This document shows, one piece after another, positions 25,850 through 38,115 of a DNA stretch of 64,000 nt. The position numbers were made by a program, and so were the translations under genes. A model generated the notes under the pieces. It had not been told where the DNA came from and did not search any database. It saw nothing but the letters and a program-made list of their open reading frames with translations. This DNA comes from Eledone cirrhosa. Its lineage: Eukaryota. Where the stretch lies: assembly GCA_964016885.1 (NCBI GenBank), contig OZ024757.1, positions 23,436,001-23,500,000 of the forward strand. Direction: 5' to 3'. Each line of letters opens with the position of its first letter. The stretch's first letter is position 1.

Positions 25850-28045
25850 ACAATACTAGTAGCACCACCGCCAACACTAGCACCAATACCACCACTGCCA
25901 CTACCAACACCAAACAGCAGCACCATTAAAATTAGACAATTCTAGCAGCACCACACCAACAACACCAAACAGTTTCACCAATACCACCACTACCACCACA
26001 CCAACAACACCAAACAGTTTCACCAATAGCACTACTGCCACCACAACTATCAACACCAATACCACCACCGCAACTACCAACACCAAACAACAGTACCAAT
26101 ACCACCACTACCACCACACCAACAACACAAACCAGCAGCACCAATACCACCACTGCCACCACAACCAACAACACCAACCAGCAGCACCAATACCACCTCT
26201 GCCACCACAACTACCAACACCAAACAGCAGCACCAATACCACCACTGCCACCACAACTACCAACACCAAACAGCAGCACCAATACCACCACTGCCACCAC
26301 AACTACCAACACCAAACAGCAGCACCAATACCACCACTGCCACCACAACTACCAACACCAAACAGCAGCACCAATACCACCACTGCCACCACAACTACCA
26401 ACACCAAACAGCAGCACTAATACCACCACAACTACCAACACCAAACAGCAGCACTAATACCACCACAACTACCAACACCAAACAGCAGCACTAATACCAC
26501 CACAACTACCAACACCAAACAGCAGCACCAATACCACCACAACTACCAACACCAAACAGCAGCACCAATACCACCACTGCCACCACAACTACCAACACCA
26601 AACAGCAGCACTAATACCACCACAACTACCAACACCAAACAGCAGCACTAATACCACCACAACTACCAACACCAAACAGCAGCACTAATACCACCACAAC
26701 TACCAACACCAAACAGCAGCACTAATACCACCACAACTACCAACACCAAACAGCAGCACCAATACCACCACAACTACCAACACCAAACAGCAGCACTAAT
26801 ACCACCACAACTACCAACACCAAACAGCAGCACTAATACCACCACAACTACCAACACCAAACAGCAGCACTAATACCACCACAACTACCAACACCAAACA
26901 GCAGCACCAATACCACCACAACTACCAACACCAAACAGCAGCACCAATACCACCACTGCCACCACAACTACCAACACCAAACAGCAGCACTAATACCACC
27001 ACAACTACCAACACCAAACAGCAGCACTAATACCACCACAACTACCAACACCAAACAGCAGCACTAATACCACCACAACTACCAACACCAAACAGCAGCA
27101 CTAATACCACCACAACTACCAACACCAAACAGCAGCACTAATACCACCACAACTACCAACACCAAACAGCAGCACTAATACCACCACAACTACCAACACC
27201 AAACAGCAGCACCAATACCACCACAACTACCAACACCAAACAGCAGCACCAATACCACCACTGCCACCACAACTACCAACACCAAACAGCAGCACTAATA
27301 CCACCACAACTACCAACACCAAACAGCAGCACTAATACCACCACAACTACCAACACCAAACAGCAGCACTAATACCACCACAACTACCAACACCAAACAG
27401 CAGCACTAATACCACCACAACTACCAACACCAAACAGCAGCACCAATACCACCACAACTACCAACACCAAACAGCAGCACCAATACCACCACAACTACCA
27501 ACACCAAACAGCAGCACTAATACCACCACAACTACCAACACCAAACAGCAGCACTAATACCACCACAACTACCAACACCAAACAGCAGCACTAATACCAC
27601 CACAACTACCAACACCAAACAGCAGCACTAATACCACCACAACTACCAACACCAAACAGCAGCACTAATACCACCACAACTACCAACACCAAACAGCAGC
27701 ACTAATACCACCACAACTACCAACACCAAACAGCAGCACCAATACCACCACAACTACCAACACCAAACAGCAGCACCAATACCACCACAACTACCAACAC
27801 CAAACAGCAGCACCAATACCACCACAACTACCAACACCAAACAGCAGCACCAATACCACCACAACTACCAACACCAAACAGCAGCACTAATACCACCACA
27901 ACTACCAACACCAAACAGCAGCACTAATACCACCACAACTACCAACACCAAACAGCAGCACTAATACCACCACAACTACCAACACCAAACAGCAGCACTA
28001 ATACCACCACTGCCACCACAACAACCAACACCAAACAGCAGCACT
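25850..28045 (+). repeat. 37/46-bp CA-rich minisatellite
   Basis: Unit ACCAACACCAAACAGCAGCAC(T/C)AATACCACCACAACT with an optional 9-bp TGCCACCAC insert. Confidence 0.97.
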
Positions 28046-28322
28046 TTATTTTATCGACCCCCGTAGGATGAAAGACAAAGTTAACCTCGGCGAGATTTGA
28101 ACTCAGAATGGCAAGGGCTGTAACTCTATGCATCAAGAAAATAATTGTTTCTACTTTTTGGCACAAGGCCAGCAAATTACCCAGCAAATTACCCAGCGCA
28201 TTACTGGTACTTTATTTTATCGACCCCCGTAAGGATGAAAGGCAAAGTTAACCTCGGCGGGATTTGAACTCAGAATGGTAAGGGCCGTAACTCTATACGT
28301 CAAAGCATGGCATCCGACCCTA
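28043..28322 (-). mobile_element. Two partial SINE family A copies in tandem
   Basis: Central domain and B-box are present twice. Confidence 0.85.
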
Positions 28323-28358
28323 AGAAAATAATATACTTCAAGAAGTACAGATGGTCCA

Positions 28359-28384
28359 ATAAAACTTCTGAAGCTTGAGGGGTT

Positions 28385-28460
<76 letters not shown>

Positions 28461-28479
28461 AACCCCTCAAGCTTCAGAA

Positions 28480-28486
<7 letters not shown>
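28359..28486. repeat. 128-bp perfect palindrome: 29-bp arms around (TA)35
   Basis: ATAAAACTTCTGAAGCTTGAGGGGTTTAC / GTAAACCCCTCAAGCTTCAGAAGTTTTAT. Confidence 0.95.
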
Positions 28487-28519
<33 letters not shown>

Positions 28520-29234
28520 GTCCTCCAAAAAATATATACACACTTCAACAGCAAATTAATCAAAGTGTGTATTCATTTTTTAACGACATCCTGTATACAT
28601 ATATATATATATATCTTTGGTGAAATGTCTGCATTGGAATGGTTCGGTGTAGACATGATAAACGGTTGTAACAAGGGAAATGAATTTATGTCAAGTATTT
28701 CGACTCTGAATGTTTCAGTGGATAAACACTAAAGATAAACCAAAACCAGACAGTACTAACGATAATAGCAGATAATAAATACTTCAGTAATTCTTGCTTA
28801 AAGACTGACAACAGATTTTCAGTTATCAAGGTAAAGTAAAAATAACTTTTGCCAAGATGGAACAAGTGGACAAGATATGCTCCAGACATCTTAAAGATTA
28901 TGAGGAAAAGAAATAGAAAAAAAAGGACCAAAAAAAAACAAAAAAAAACAAAAACCAATAAGAAAACAAAACACTTGTGGTCAGAATGTTATAGTAAATT
29001 CTATTTTGTAATTTAATACACCTGTGTATGTATATATGAGTACATATGTATGTGGATGTGTACCGATATATATATCTATGTGTGTATGTATGGATGTGTA
29101 CCTGCATATATGTGTGTGTGTATGTGCATGTATGTATGTGTATATGTATGAACCGCTGACATGAGACAAATCACTGGGGCTCTTTATTTTACATCATATA
29201 CCTAGTGAACTGCATGCCATTAATAGTATCATTC

Positions 29235-29413
29235 AGTATCGGTAGAGGGTCGGACGCCATGCTTTTTTCAGCAAAGAGTTACGGCCCTTGCCATTCTGAG
29301 TTCAAATCCTGCCAAGGTTAACTTTGCCTTTCATCCTTACGGGGTCGATAAAATAAAGTACCAGTAATACACTGGGATAATTGCTGGCCTTGTGCCTAAA
29401 GAAGAAACAATTA
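29235..29413 (+). mobile_element. SINE family A
   Basis: Consensus match, slightly 5'-truncated. Confidence 0.88.
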
Positions 29414-29429
29414 TAAATTTGTATCAATG

Positions 29430-29742
29430 GACCTCCAGCAGTTTCAACAATGAGTGTTCTAGTTGTTTGATCAATGGAGCAGCCTGCTCATTAAATTGAT
29501 AAATGACTGAGAATTCTAGAGACACATGCAAACGTTGTGCTGTTTTGAGGGAGATTCAACATGAAACAGTATGTAACAAGGCTGACCCTTTGAATTACAA
29601 GTAAACCTTTTTTCCAGCTAAGTGAATTAGAACAAGATGAAATGAAATATCTTGCTCAAGGACACAATGTGCTGACAAAAATCAAACTCATGACCTTGCA
29701 GTTATGAGCTGAACAACCTAAACAGTAAGCAAAACACCTTCA
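29430..29742 (-). mobile_element. Old CORE-like SINE related to family B, different 3' half
   Basis: Diverged tRNA head plus TCTTGCTCAAGGACACAA CORE-like block; tail differs from young B copies. Confidence 0.6.
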
Positions 29743-29872
29743 TGAACAAATCAAACCCTTTTTAAAATGTATCATATCTTAAGCCCGGCTTGTTGATTTA
29801 ACGTGATTGAGAATAGAGCTAAGTCTCTTCTTCTTCTCCCTCTTCTTCTTCTCTTCCTCCCACTTATTCCTG

Positions 29873-31062
29873 TTGTGCAATAACTATGAAAGGGTTGTTG
29901 TGCAGTAGCTATGAAAGTTGTGCAGTAGTTATGGAAGTGTTGTGCAGTAACTATGAAAGTTGTGCAATAGCTATGAAAGTGTATTGTGCAATAGCTATGA
30001 AAGTGTATTGTGCAGTAGCTATTAATGATGTGCAGTAGCTATGAAAGTGTTGTGCAGTAGCTATGGAAGTGTTGTGCAGTAGCTATGGAAGTGTTGTGCA
30101 GTAGCTATGGAAGTGTTGTGCAGTAGCTATGAAAGTTGTGCAATAGCTATGAAAGTGTATTGTGCAGTAGCTATTAATGATGTGCAGTAGCTATGAAAGT
30201 GTTGTGCAGTAGCTATGGAAGTGTTGTGCAGTAGCTATGAAAAGGTTGTGCAGTAGCTATGGAAGTGTTGTGCAATAGCTATGAAAGTGTATTGTGCAGT
30301 AGCTATTAATGATGTGCAGTAGCTATGAAAGTGTTGTGCAGTAGCTATGAAAGTGTTGTGCAGTAGCTATGAAAGTGTTGTGCAGTAGTTATGAAAAGGT
30401 AGTGCAGTAGCTATGAAAGTTGTGCAGTAGCTATGAAAGTTGTGCAGTAGCTATGAAAGTTGTGAAATAGCTATGAAAGTTTATTGTGCAGTAGCTATGA
30501 ATGATATGCAGTAGCTATGAAAGTGTTGTGCATTAGCTATGGAAGTGTATTGTGCAGTAGCTATTAATGATGTGCAGTAGCTATGAAAGTGTTGTGCAGT
30601 AGCTATGAAAGTGTTGTGCAGTAGCTATGAAAGTGTTGTGCAGTAGCTATGAAAAGGTTGTGCAGTAGCTATGAAAAGGTTGTGCAGTAGCTATGAAAGT
30701 TGTGAAATAGCTATGAAAGTGTATTGTGCAGTAGCTATTAATGATGTGCAGTAGCTATGAAAGTGTTGTGGAGTAGCTATGGAAGTGTTGTGCAGTAGCT
30801 ATGAAAAGGGTGTGCAGTAGCTATGAAAGTTGTGAAATAGCTATGAAAGTTTATTGTGCAGTAGCTATGAATGATATGCAGTAGCTATGAAAGTGTTGTG
30901 CAGTAGCTATGAAAGTGCAGTAGCTATGAAAGAGTTGTGTAATAGCTACATAAGAGTTATTGTGTAATAGCTATGGAAGAATTGTGCAGTAGCTAGGGAA
31001 GAGTTGTGCAGTAGCTATGGAAGAGTTGTGCAGTAGCTATGAAAGAGGTGTGCAGTAGCTAT
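29873..31062 (+). repeat. 20-23-bp minisatellite with higher-order structure
   Basis: TGTGCAGTAGCTATG(A/G)AAGT(GT) units with a recurring ATTAATGA/ATGAATGA variant. Confidence 0.95.
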
Positions 31063-31799
31063 CAATTTAAAATAATTTTGCTCTAATCATCTAACATTTC
31101 ACTCAGTGGTAGAGAAAAATTAGAGGGAATGCTGTCCTTAACTCTTGATACCAAACCACATGTTCTTGGTTCTCTGATATAAAGCTGTTTATTTAAAGCG
31201 TTCATATTTATCTAAAAAGCTTCCATTAGAATTTTATGTGAACTTTTTAAAGTTATATTTCAAAAACCAACTTAATGAGAAAGTTTGTTATATTATTAAA
31301 CCCCTCCAAATGATTGATTATTTTCAGAATTAATTGAAAATCACAGGCAGTGTCTTTCATTAGAAATATGGTAAAGGAAGGGCTAAAAGCATTTTGAGCA
31401 TTTCCACAGCATTTACATTGCATCACTTTCGTTTTTTACCTCTTATCTATTAACTGGTATTTCACCCCAGAAACTTACTTCAGATCAAACTGATCAATAA
31501 ACAATAACTTAGAAAACATCTAAAGAAAAGTATTTACATTCCAATGCACAGAATCCAATAACCTGTCTTTTACAATCAAACATTTCCAAAAATGTAGAAG
31601 ACTTAACTCAGAGGGAAACCTGTTGAAAGTGTTTCAGGCTTTTATTTTTTTTAGGGTCCTTTTTTGATTTATTTATTTCTATTTTTTTTTTCATAAAAAT
31701 AACTTACAAAGGATTCATCTATATATGTTTTCCTTTTCTTTAATATTTGAATTTATTAAATAATAAAGTAAACTTAAAAAGAAATCTAAATTCATAGAA

Positions 31800-32348
31800 A
31801 ATTATATATATACATAGAAATAAAATATATATAGAATATATATATAGAGAGAGATACATAGAAATATATATATGATATATATACAATATATATAATATAT
31901 ATATATGATATATATATGATATATATAATATATATATATCATATATATATCATATATATATATTATATATGCATTGTCTATATATATTATATATTTATCA
32001 TATAATATATATATGATAAATATATAATATATATGATGCATATATAATATATATATGATGCATATATAATATATATATGATGCATATATAATATATATAT
32101 GATATATATATAATATATATTTATGATATATATATAATATATATAGGGTATATAATATATATGTAATATATATAAAGGATATATATAGGAAATATATAAT
32201 ATATATATAATATATATATATAATATATATATGATATATATATTATATATATGATATATATATAATATATATATAGGATAAATATATAATATATATAGGA
32301 TATATATAATATATATATGATATATATGATATATATAATATATATATG

Positions 32349-32380
<32 letters not shown>

Positions 32381-32850
32381 CAAGATATATATGATATATA
32401 CATATATATATATATAACATATATATAATATATATATAAGATATATATAATATATACATATATACATATAATATATATATGATAAGCAGGGAAAAGCAGA
32501 TGTAAAATGATGATGATAAGATATATATGATATATATATACATATATATAAATATATATATATATATGCATATATATATGTATATATCATATATATAAGA
32601 TATATATCATACATATAAGATATATATCATATATATATAAAATATATATATATAAGATATCATATATATATCATATATATATTATATATGTCATATATAT
32701 ATTATATATGTCATATATATCTTATATATATATATATTTTATATATATATATATTTTATATATATCATATATATCTTATATATGATATATATAAAATATA
32801 TATATATATATAAGATATATATGACATATATAATATATATATATAGTATT
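31800..32850. repeat. Degenerate (TA)n tract containing an RTE/SINE tail stub at ~32484-32517
   Basis: Direct reading. Confidence 0.95.
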
Positions 32851-33420
32851 ACCAAATATAAACACTTGAGATATCAAAGAATTCTTGATGTAACAGACTT
32901 TTGTATATATTAAAAATGGCGGAACACAAAGAAGCATTAGACAGAGCGTTGGATGAGTGAGAATGAAACACATGTTGAATATATTATCAGAAAAACTCAT
33001 TGCCTTCCAAATGAATGACAACTGTCGGAATGACAGATGAAAGAAAACTATCAATAAATCGTTCCCTCTTCCATTAAAACAACAATAAAATGTGTATGTT
33101 CGTGTGCACGTGTGTTTGTGTGCGCGTGTGCATGTGCGTGTGTGTGCGCGTGCGATGCAGCACAGTTATAGAATGTGCCTTAACACAGTCAGTCAGTCTC
33201 CCTTCACAATTGGAGCCAGCCAGCCTTAGTTGTGGAGGCAAGAACCCAAATGGAATAACTCTTTTCTAATTCAAGGGAGGTAAATCTCTAATCTGAGATA
33301 CCATATGCTGTAATATGACATGTTCTCCATCTGCAAACACATGTTGCTTCAGCCATAAATCTAAGCACTACTACCCACAACACAAAAAAAAAGAGAAAGA
33401 CAGCCAAATACCAGGATTAA

Positions 33421-33909
33421 TCCTTTAGCATTTAAACCAGCCGTATCCAGTCAGAATTCTCTCACCTCTTTCTGTCCAAACCAGCTGTAACTGGCTGCTC
33501 ATACTGATGTTAGTGATAGGCGTATGGCTTAGTGGTTAGAGCATTGGACTTTCCATCAAAAGGTTGTGAGTTCAATTCTCGGACCGGGTAATGTGTTGTT
33601 TCCTTGAGCAAGACACTTTATTTCACGTTGCTCCAGTTTACTCAGCTGTAGAAATGAGATGATAAGACTGGGGTCCCTATCATTAAATCACCCAAGACAC
33701 CTCCAACGAGATATACCTTGGAGGGGGTCAGCTAAACCAGCATAGGTGTGAGCTGTATCAACAACAACAACTGATTACTCAGGTATTGTTCTCAAAATAA
33801 ATAATATCAAAATCTCATAATTTGATATTTTTGTGAGATTATTGTGTGTCACAATGCCTTTACTGTGAAAATATAATGGTATATATAAATTAATATAAAT
33901 GCTAAAGGG
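33421..33909 (+). mobile_element. Complete TTAA-type (piggyBac-like) MITE interrupted by a SINE
   Basis: TTAA|TCCTTTAGCATTTA ... TAAATGCTAAAGGG|TTAA. Confidence 0.8.
33518..33771 (+). mobile_element. SINE family B with an alternative tail ending in (CAA)n
   Basis: B head, CORE-like block and hairpin, then ~85 bp unrelated to other copies. Confidence 0.85.
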
Positions 33910-34546
33910 TTAACATGCCAGTCACGATCAAGATCTCTTGTGTGCTCAGTCCCTGGACTGCTTTTACTGCTGCAAAATTAGGAGAGGTGCATCCCACTTG
34001 ATGAAGGAGCCCCATGATGTGAAGTGGTTGATACAGTGGGTGTTTCTGGCTCTTCATTGCAGCAATGCCTTCGCCATTTGGTCTATGATGTTTTTGTGCA
34101 AGACCAGCAGTTACCCATGCATACCAGTCTGTCCTCTCCATGCCACCAATGAGGTCCAAGGGAAAGTCAAAAGCTGATACAGCTTAGCATTACAACTAAT
34201 ATATTCTAAACCCATGCTAGCGTGGAAGATAGACGTTAAACGTTGATGATGATGATATACCCTATATATACATTATATTGACAGTTGATCGATTTTCGTC
34301 AAATTAGACCAAGGAAAGAATGTTTCCATTGGTCTTTCGAATTGCTAATACTATCTATCAGTCGCAAATCCAGGTAGAAGAAGCAACATGAAATAAACTG
34401 TCTTACATCAGCTGGTCCGGGAATCGAATTCACAACCTCCCGATTGCAAATACAATACTCTAACCACTCAGCCACATGCCTTCACATTATATATACACAG
34501 TATATATGTTGTCCGTAAGTAAAGGCAAAGGTTGATACAGCTTAGC

Positions 34547-35540
34547 ACCAGTACCATTGCAACTCATATATACACAACACAATATATACATTATATATAC
34601 CAGTACCATTGCAACTCATATATACACAATATATACATTATATATACCAGTACCATTGCAACTCATATATACACTATATATACATTATATATACCAGTAC
34701 CATTGCAACTCATATATACACTATATATACATTATATATACCAGTACCATTGCAACTCATATATACACAATATATACATTATATATACCAGTACCATTGC
34801 AACTCATATATACACAATATATACATTATATATACCAGTACCATTGCAACTCATATATACACAATATATACATTATATATACCAGTACCATTGCAACTCA
34901 TATATACACTATATATACATTATATATACCAGTACCATTGCAACTCATATATACACTATATATACATTATATATACCAGTACCATTGCAACTCATATATA
35001 CACTATATATACATTATATATACCAGTACCATTGCAACTCATATATACACTATATATACATTATATATACCAGTACCATTGCAACTCATATATACACCAT
35101 ATATACAGTATATATACCAGTACCATTGCAACTCATATATACACTATATATACATTATATATACCAGTACCATTGCAACTCATATATACACAATATATAC
35201 ATTATATATACCAGTACCATTGCAACTCATATATACACAATATATACATTATATATACCAGTACCATTGCAACTCATATATACACTATATATACATTATA
35301 TATACCAGTACCATTGCAACTCATATATACACTATATATACATTATATATACCAGTACCATTGCAACTCATATATACACTATATATACATTATATATACC
35401 AGTACCATTGCAACTCATATATACACTATATATACATTATATATACCAGTACCATTGCAACTCATATATACACTATATATACATTATATATACCAGTACC
35501 ATTGCAACTCATATATACACTATATATACATTATATATAC
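34547..35540 (+). repeat. 47-bp minisatellite, ~21 copies
   Basis: CAGTACCATTGCAACTCAT at 34601, 34648 and onward. Confidence 0.97.
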
Positions 35541-36101
35541 AAAAAATATACATTATATATACACAATATATATGTTGACCATACGTAAGTATAATCCCAA
35601 TTTAGTGTTTGGGGTGCTAACTATACAGTATTCCGTGGAGAGCTGGTTGTATTATTTTATATGAGACATAATTAAATAAATCTCTCTTTCCTTCCATACG
35701 ATCGTGGATAAATAATGTCCAGGTTATGTAGAAACTTGTATATAATCCATAGATATACACACAAGCGGGACCTTATAACTCATCAGTGGATGCCCATTCA
35801 ATATCGATATAAAAAACTACATCGATATTAATAATTAGTGATAGTCTCAATCAGTGCTAGAAGGACAGCTAAATTTGAAAAGCCTTCAAAAAGAAAATTT
35901 ACACTGTCACCAAAAGTGAAAGGGGTGGTCATCGTAAAATATAAAATAATATACACGCTGGTCATTGAAGCCTGCTAGGTATTTTAACCACGTGTTTAAG
36001 AACTCAATTGGATATTTTAAAAAATATATAAAAAAAATAATATATATATATATATATTAATTCAAAATATTAACAAAAATAGACATTCGTGTGATCAAGT
36101 A

Positions 36102-36168
36102 TATTTTATTATACATATTTCAGAGGTACTGAGCTATCTTCAACAGTACGTCCTCATCAGATAAAATA
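36102..36168 (-). ncRNA. Type-I hammerhead ribozyme motif (slightly decayed)
   Basis: TATTTTAT-CTGATGA-GGACGTACTG..CAGTACCTCT-GAAA-TATGTA-TA-ATAAAATA; 8-bp stem I, intact core, AUA triplet. Confidence 0.75.
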
Positions 36169-36382
36169 AGATGATGCATGACATACCCTGACTTAGTAGA
36201 TGGTTAAGATTCAATCATGGTAGTGAATAAGATATGACAAAACTCAATATTTATCTACCTTAAGATTGAGACATGAAAAAATTACATATAATACAAAGGG
36301 TGCGTGTGAGTGCTTCCAATCTATTGTAAAACTCCTTCTTTGATTTATTCATTGAACCTTGTTTAACCTTTAAATATATATA

Positions 36383-36633
36383 TATAAGTTAAAAGATAAT
36401 AAAAGAAAACGCACCTTGTATATATATAAAAAGGGGACCTTATAACTTAGATTTCCAAAAACATTTTTTTTTTAATTTAATTGTCCTTTCGTAAAATTGT
36501 CCAATCGTAAAACAGCATGCAGGAGTCTGAACAAAGGGGCAATTAAACTTAAAAAGAAATGTTTTTGAAAATCTAAAATCTGAGAAAGCAAGCTATGCTA
36601 AACACCAAATTTTGTACATGTTATAAATTCCTC

Positions 36634-36676
<43 letters not shown>

Positions 36677-36708
36677 GGTGCGTTTTTTTATTATCTTTTT
36701 CCTTATAT
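36383..36708. repeat. Large imperfect inverted repeat (fold-back)
   Basis: AAAAGATAATAAAA..AAAACGCACCTTGTATATA / TATATACAGGGTGCGTTTTTTATTATCTTTT, and TTAGATTTCCAAAAACATTT / AAATGTTTTTGAAAATCTAA. Confidence 0.75.
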
Positions 36709-36827
36709 GACGTGATCTGCATAGAACGTTTTCTAATGTCCACACTTAGACCTGTTATTTTTATCTAAAGACATTTTTTCCAATTCCAACCCGCCCGTCC
36801 CTTCAATTTATCTTATTTCTCATTCTT

Positions 36828-36863
36828 TCTTCTGATGAAGGACTAGCGTCCGAAACGTTAAGA
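36828..36863 (+). ncRNA. Minimal type-I hammerhead ribozyme motif (Penelope-type)
   Basis: TCTT-CTGATGA-A-GGAC(TAGC)GTCC-GAAA-CG-TT-AAGA; palindromic AACGTT stem III. Confidence 0.75.
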
Positions 36864-36947
36864 CCCTCTTCCTGCTATATCAAGTGTTAACCTAATATAT
36901 ACCTTCCATATGCTGTACCGATTGTGTTGTTATTTCTGTTTCCCTTT

Positions 36948-36985
<38 letters not shown>

Positions 36986-37222
36986 TATACATATATATAT
37001 ATATATGTAAATAAGGCCATTATTGCTTCTATCAGTATACTTACCCTCGGAAAATACCCTAAACTGAACGCCAACCTGTACCCATGATTCCTGACAAACA
37101 AACCGTACTCAGCCTCCAGATTCATCAAACCATACACTGATCCCCTATTCTCCCAAGTCTGCCTTACTCTACCAGAGCTTCATAGGCAACCTAATTGGGA
37201 AAACAGATATTATCAAGCTGCA

Positions 37223-37303
<81 letters not shown>

Positions 37304-37716
37304 TAAAAGCCGACCTTACCCAATTACACCTCTCAAAGGCAATGACACACGACCGTGACCTCTGGCGTCACGCAGTAATACAGAGTACCCGACCTCCCAT
37401 GGGTACAAGCTGAAGCATATAGACAATATGCCCCCACACCCCCCACCGCAAGGTGGTCGTGGCGGTGCCAAGGCAAAAAAGCACCCAGCCCACACTGTAA
37501 AGTGGACGTGTAGGCGCCACGAAAAAGCACCCAGCACTCACTGTAAATGAGGTTGGTGTTAGGAAGGGCATCCAGCTGTAGAAATCAAGCCAAATCAGTT
37601 CCTGTATGAGCAAGGCATAGTCAGCCGACCAGACACTGCCCACAACAGGACAACCCGTCTAACCCATGCTAGCGTGGAAGAACGGACGTAAAACGGTGAT
37701 GATGATGGTGATGATG

Positions 37717-37718
<2 letters not shown>
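37304..37718 (+). mobile_element. RTE-a LINE 3' end inserted in (TA)n
   Basis: KADLTQLHLSKAMTHDRDLWRHAV C-terminus, 3'UTR, (GAT)n tail. Confidence 0.88.
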
Positions 37719-37751
<33 letters not shown>

Positions 37752-37819
37752 ATACATTATAAAGAATGAAGAAACATTAGACATAAATAAAAAAAATATA
37801 AATACCCAATTTTCCTCTA

Positions 37820-37915
37820 CATTCTCGACTGTACAGTTTCGTGGCTACTTTGCAAAAACACTACATCATAGAGATGCAGTATTTCTGTGAGGTTTGCCAA
37901 CTTATCAAGAGAATA
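37820..37915 (-). ncRNA. Type-I hammerhead ribozyme motif with U3-A8 core variant
   Basis: TATTCTC-TTGATAA-GTTGGC...GCCAC-GAAA-CTGTACAG-TC-GAGAATG; long stem II; GUC triplet. Confidence 0.8.
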
Positions 37916-38115
37916 CCTCATTTAAAGATTATTTTGTCCCTATTAATCATAGAGCAACAACGGTTAAGGTTGGCACCACACAAATTCAGGGCTATATGTA
38001 TGTATATGCATGTATTCGCATGTATCTGTGTATTTCTTTTTATTGTCTATATATGCAAGCGTGGAAGATGGACGTTAAACGATGATGATGATGATGATGA
38101 TATATATATATATAT

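Noticed and set aside
34532-35664. Three overlapping ~350-aa ORFs
   Set aside because: They are translations of a 47-bp unit that lacks stops in all plus frames.
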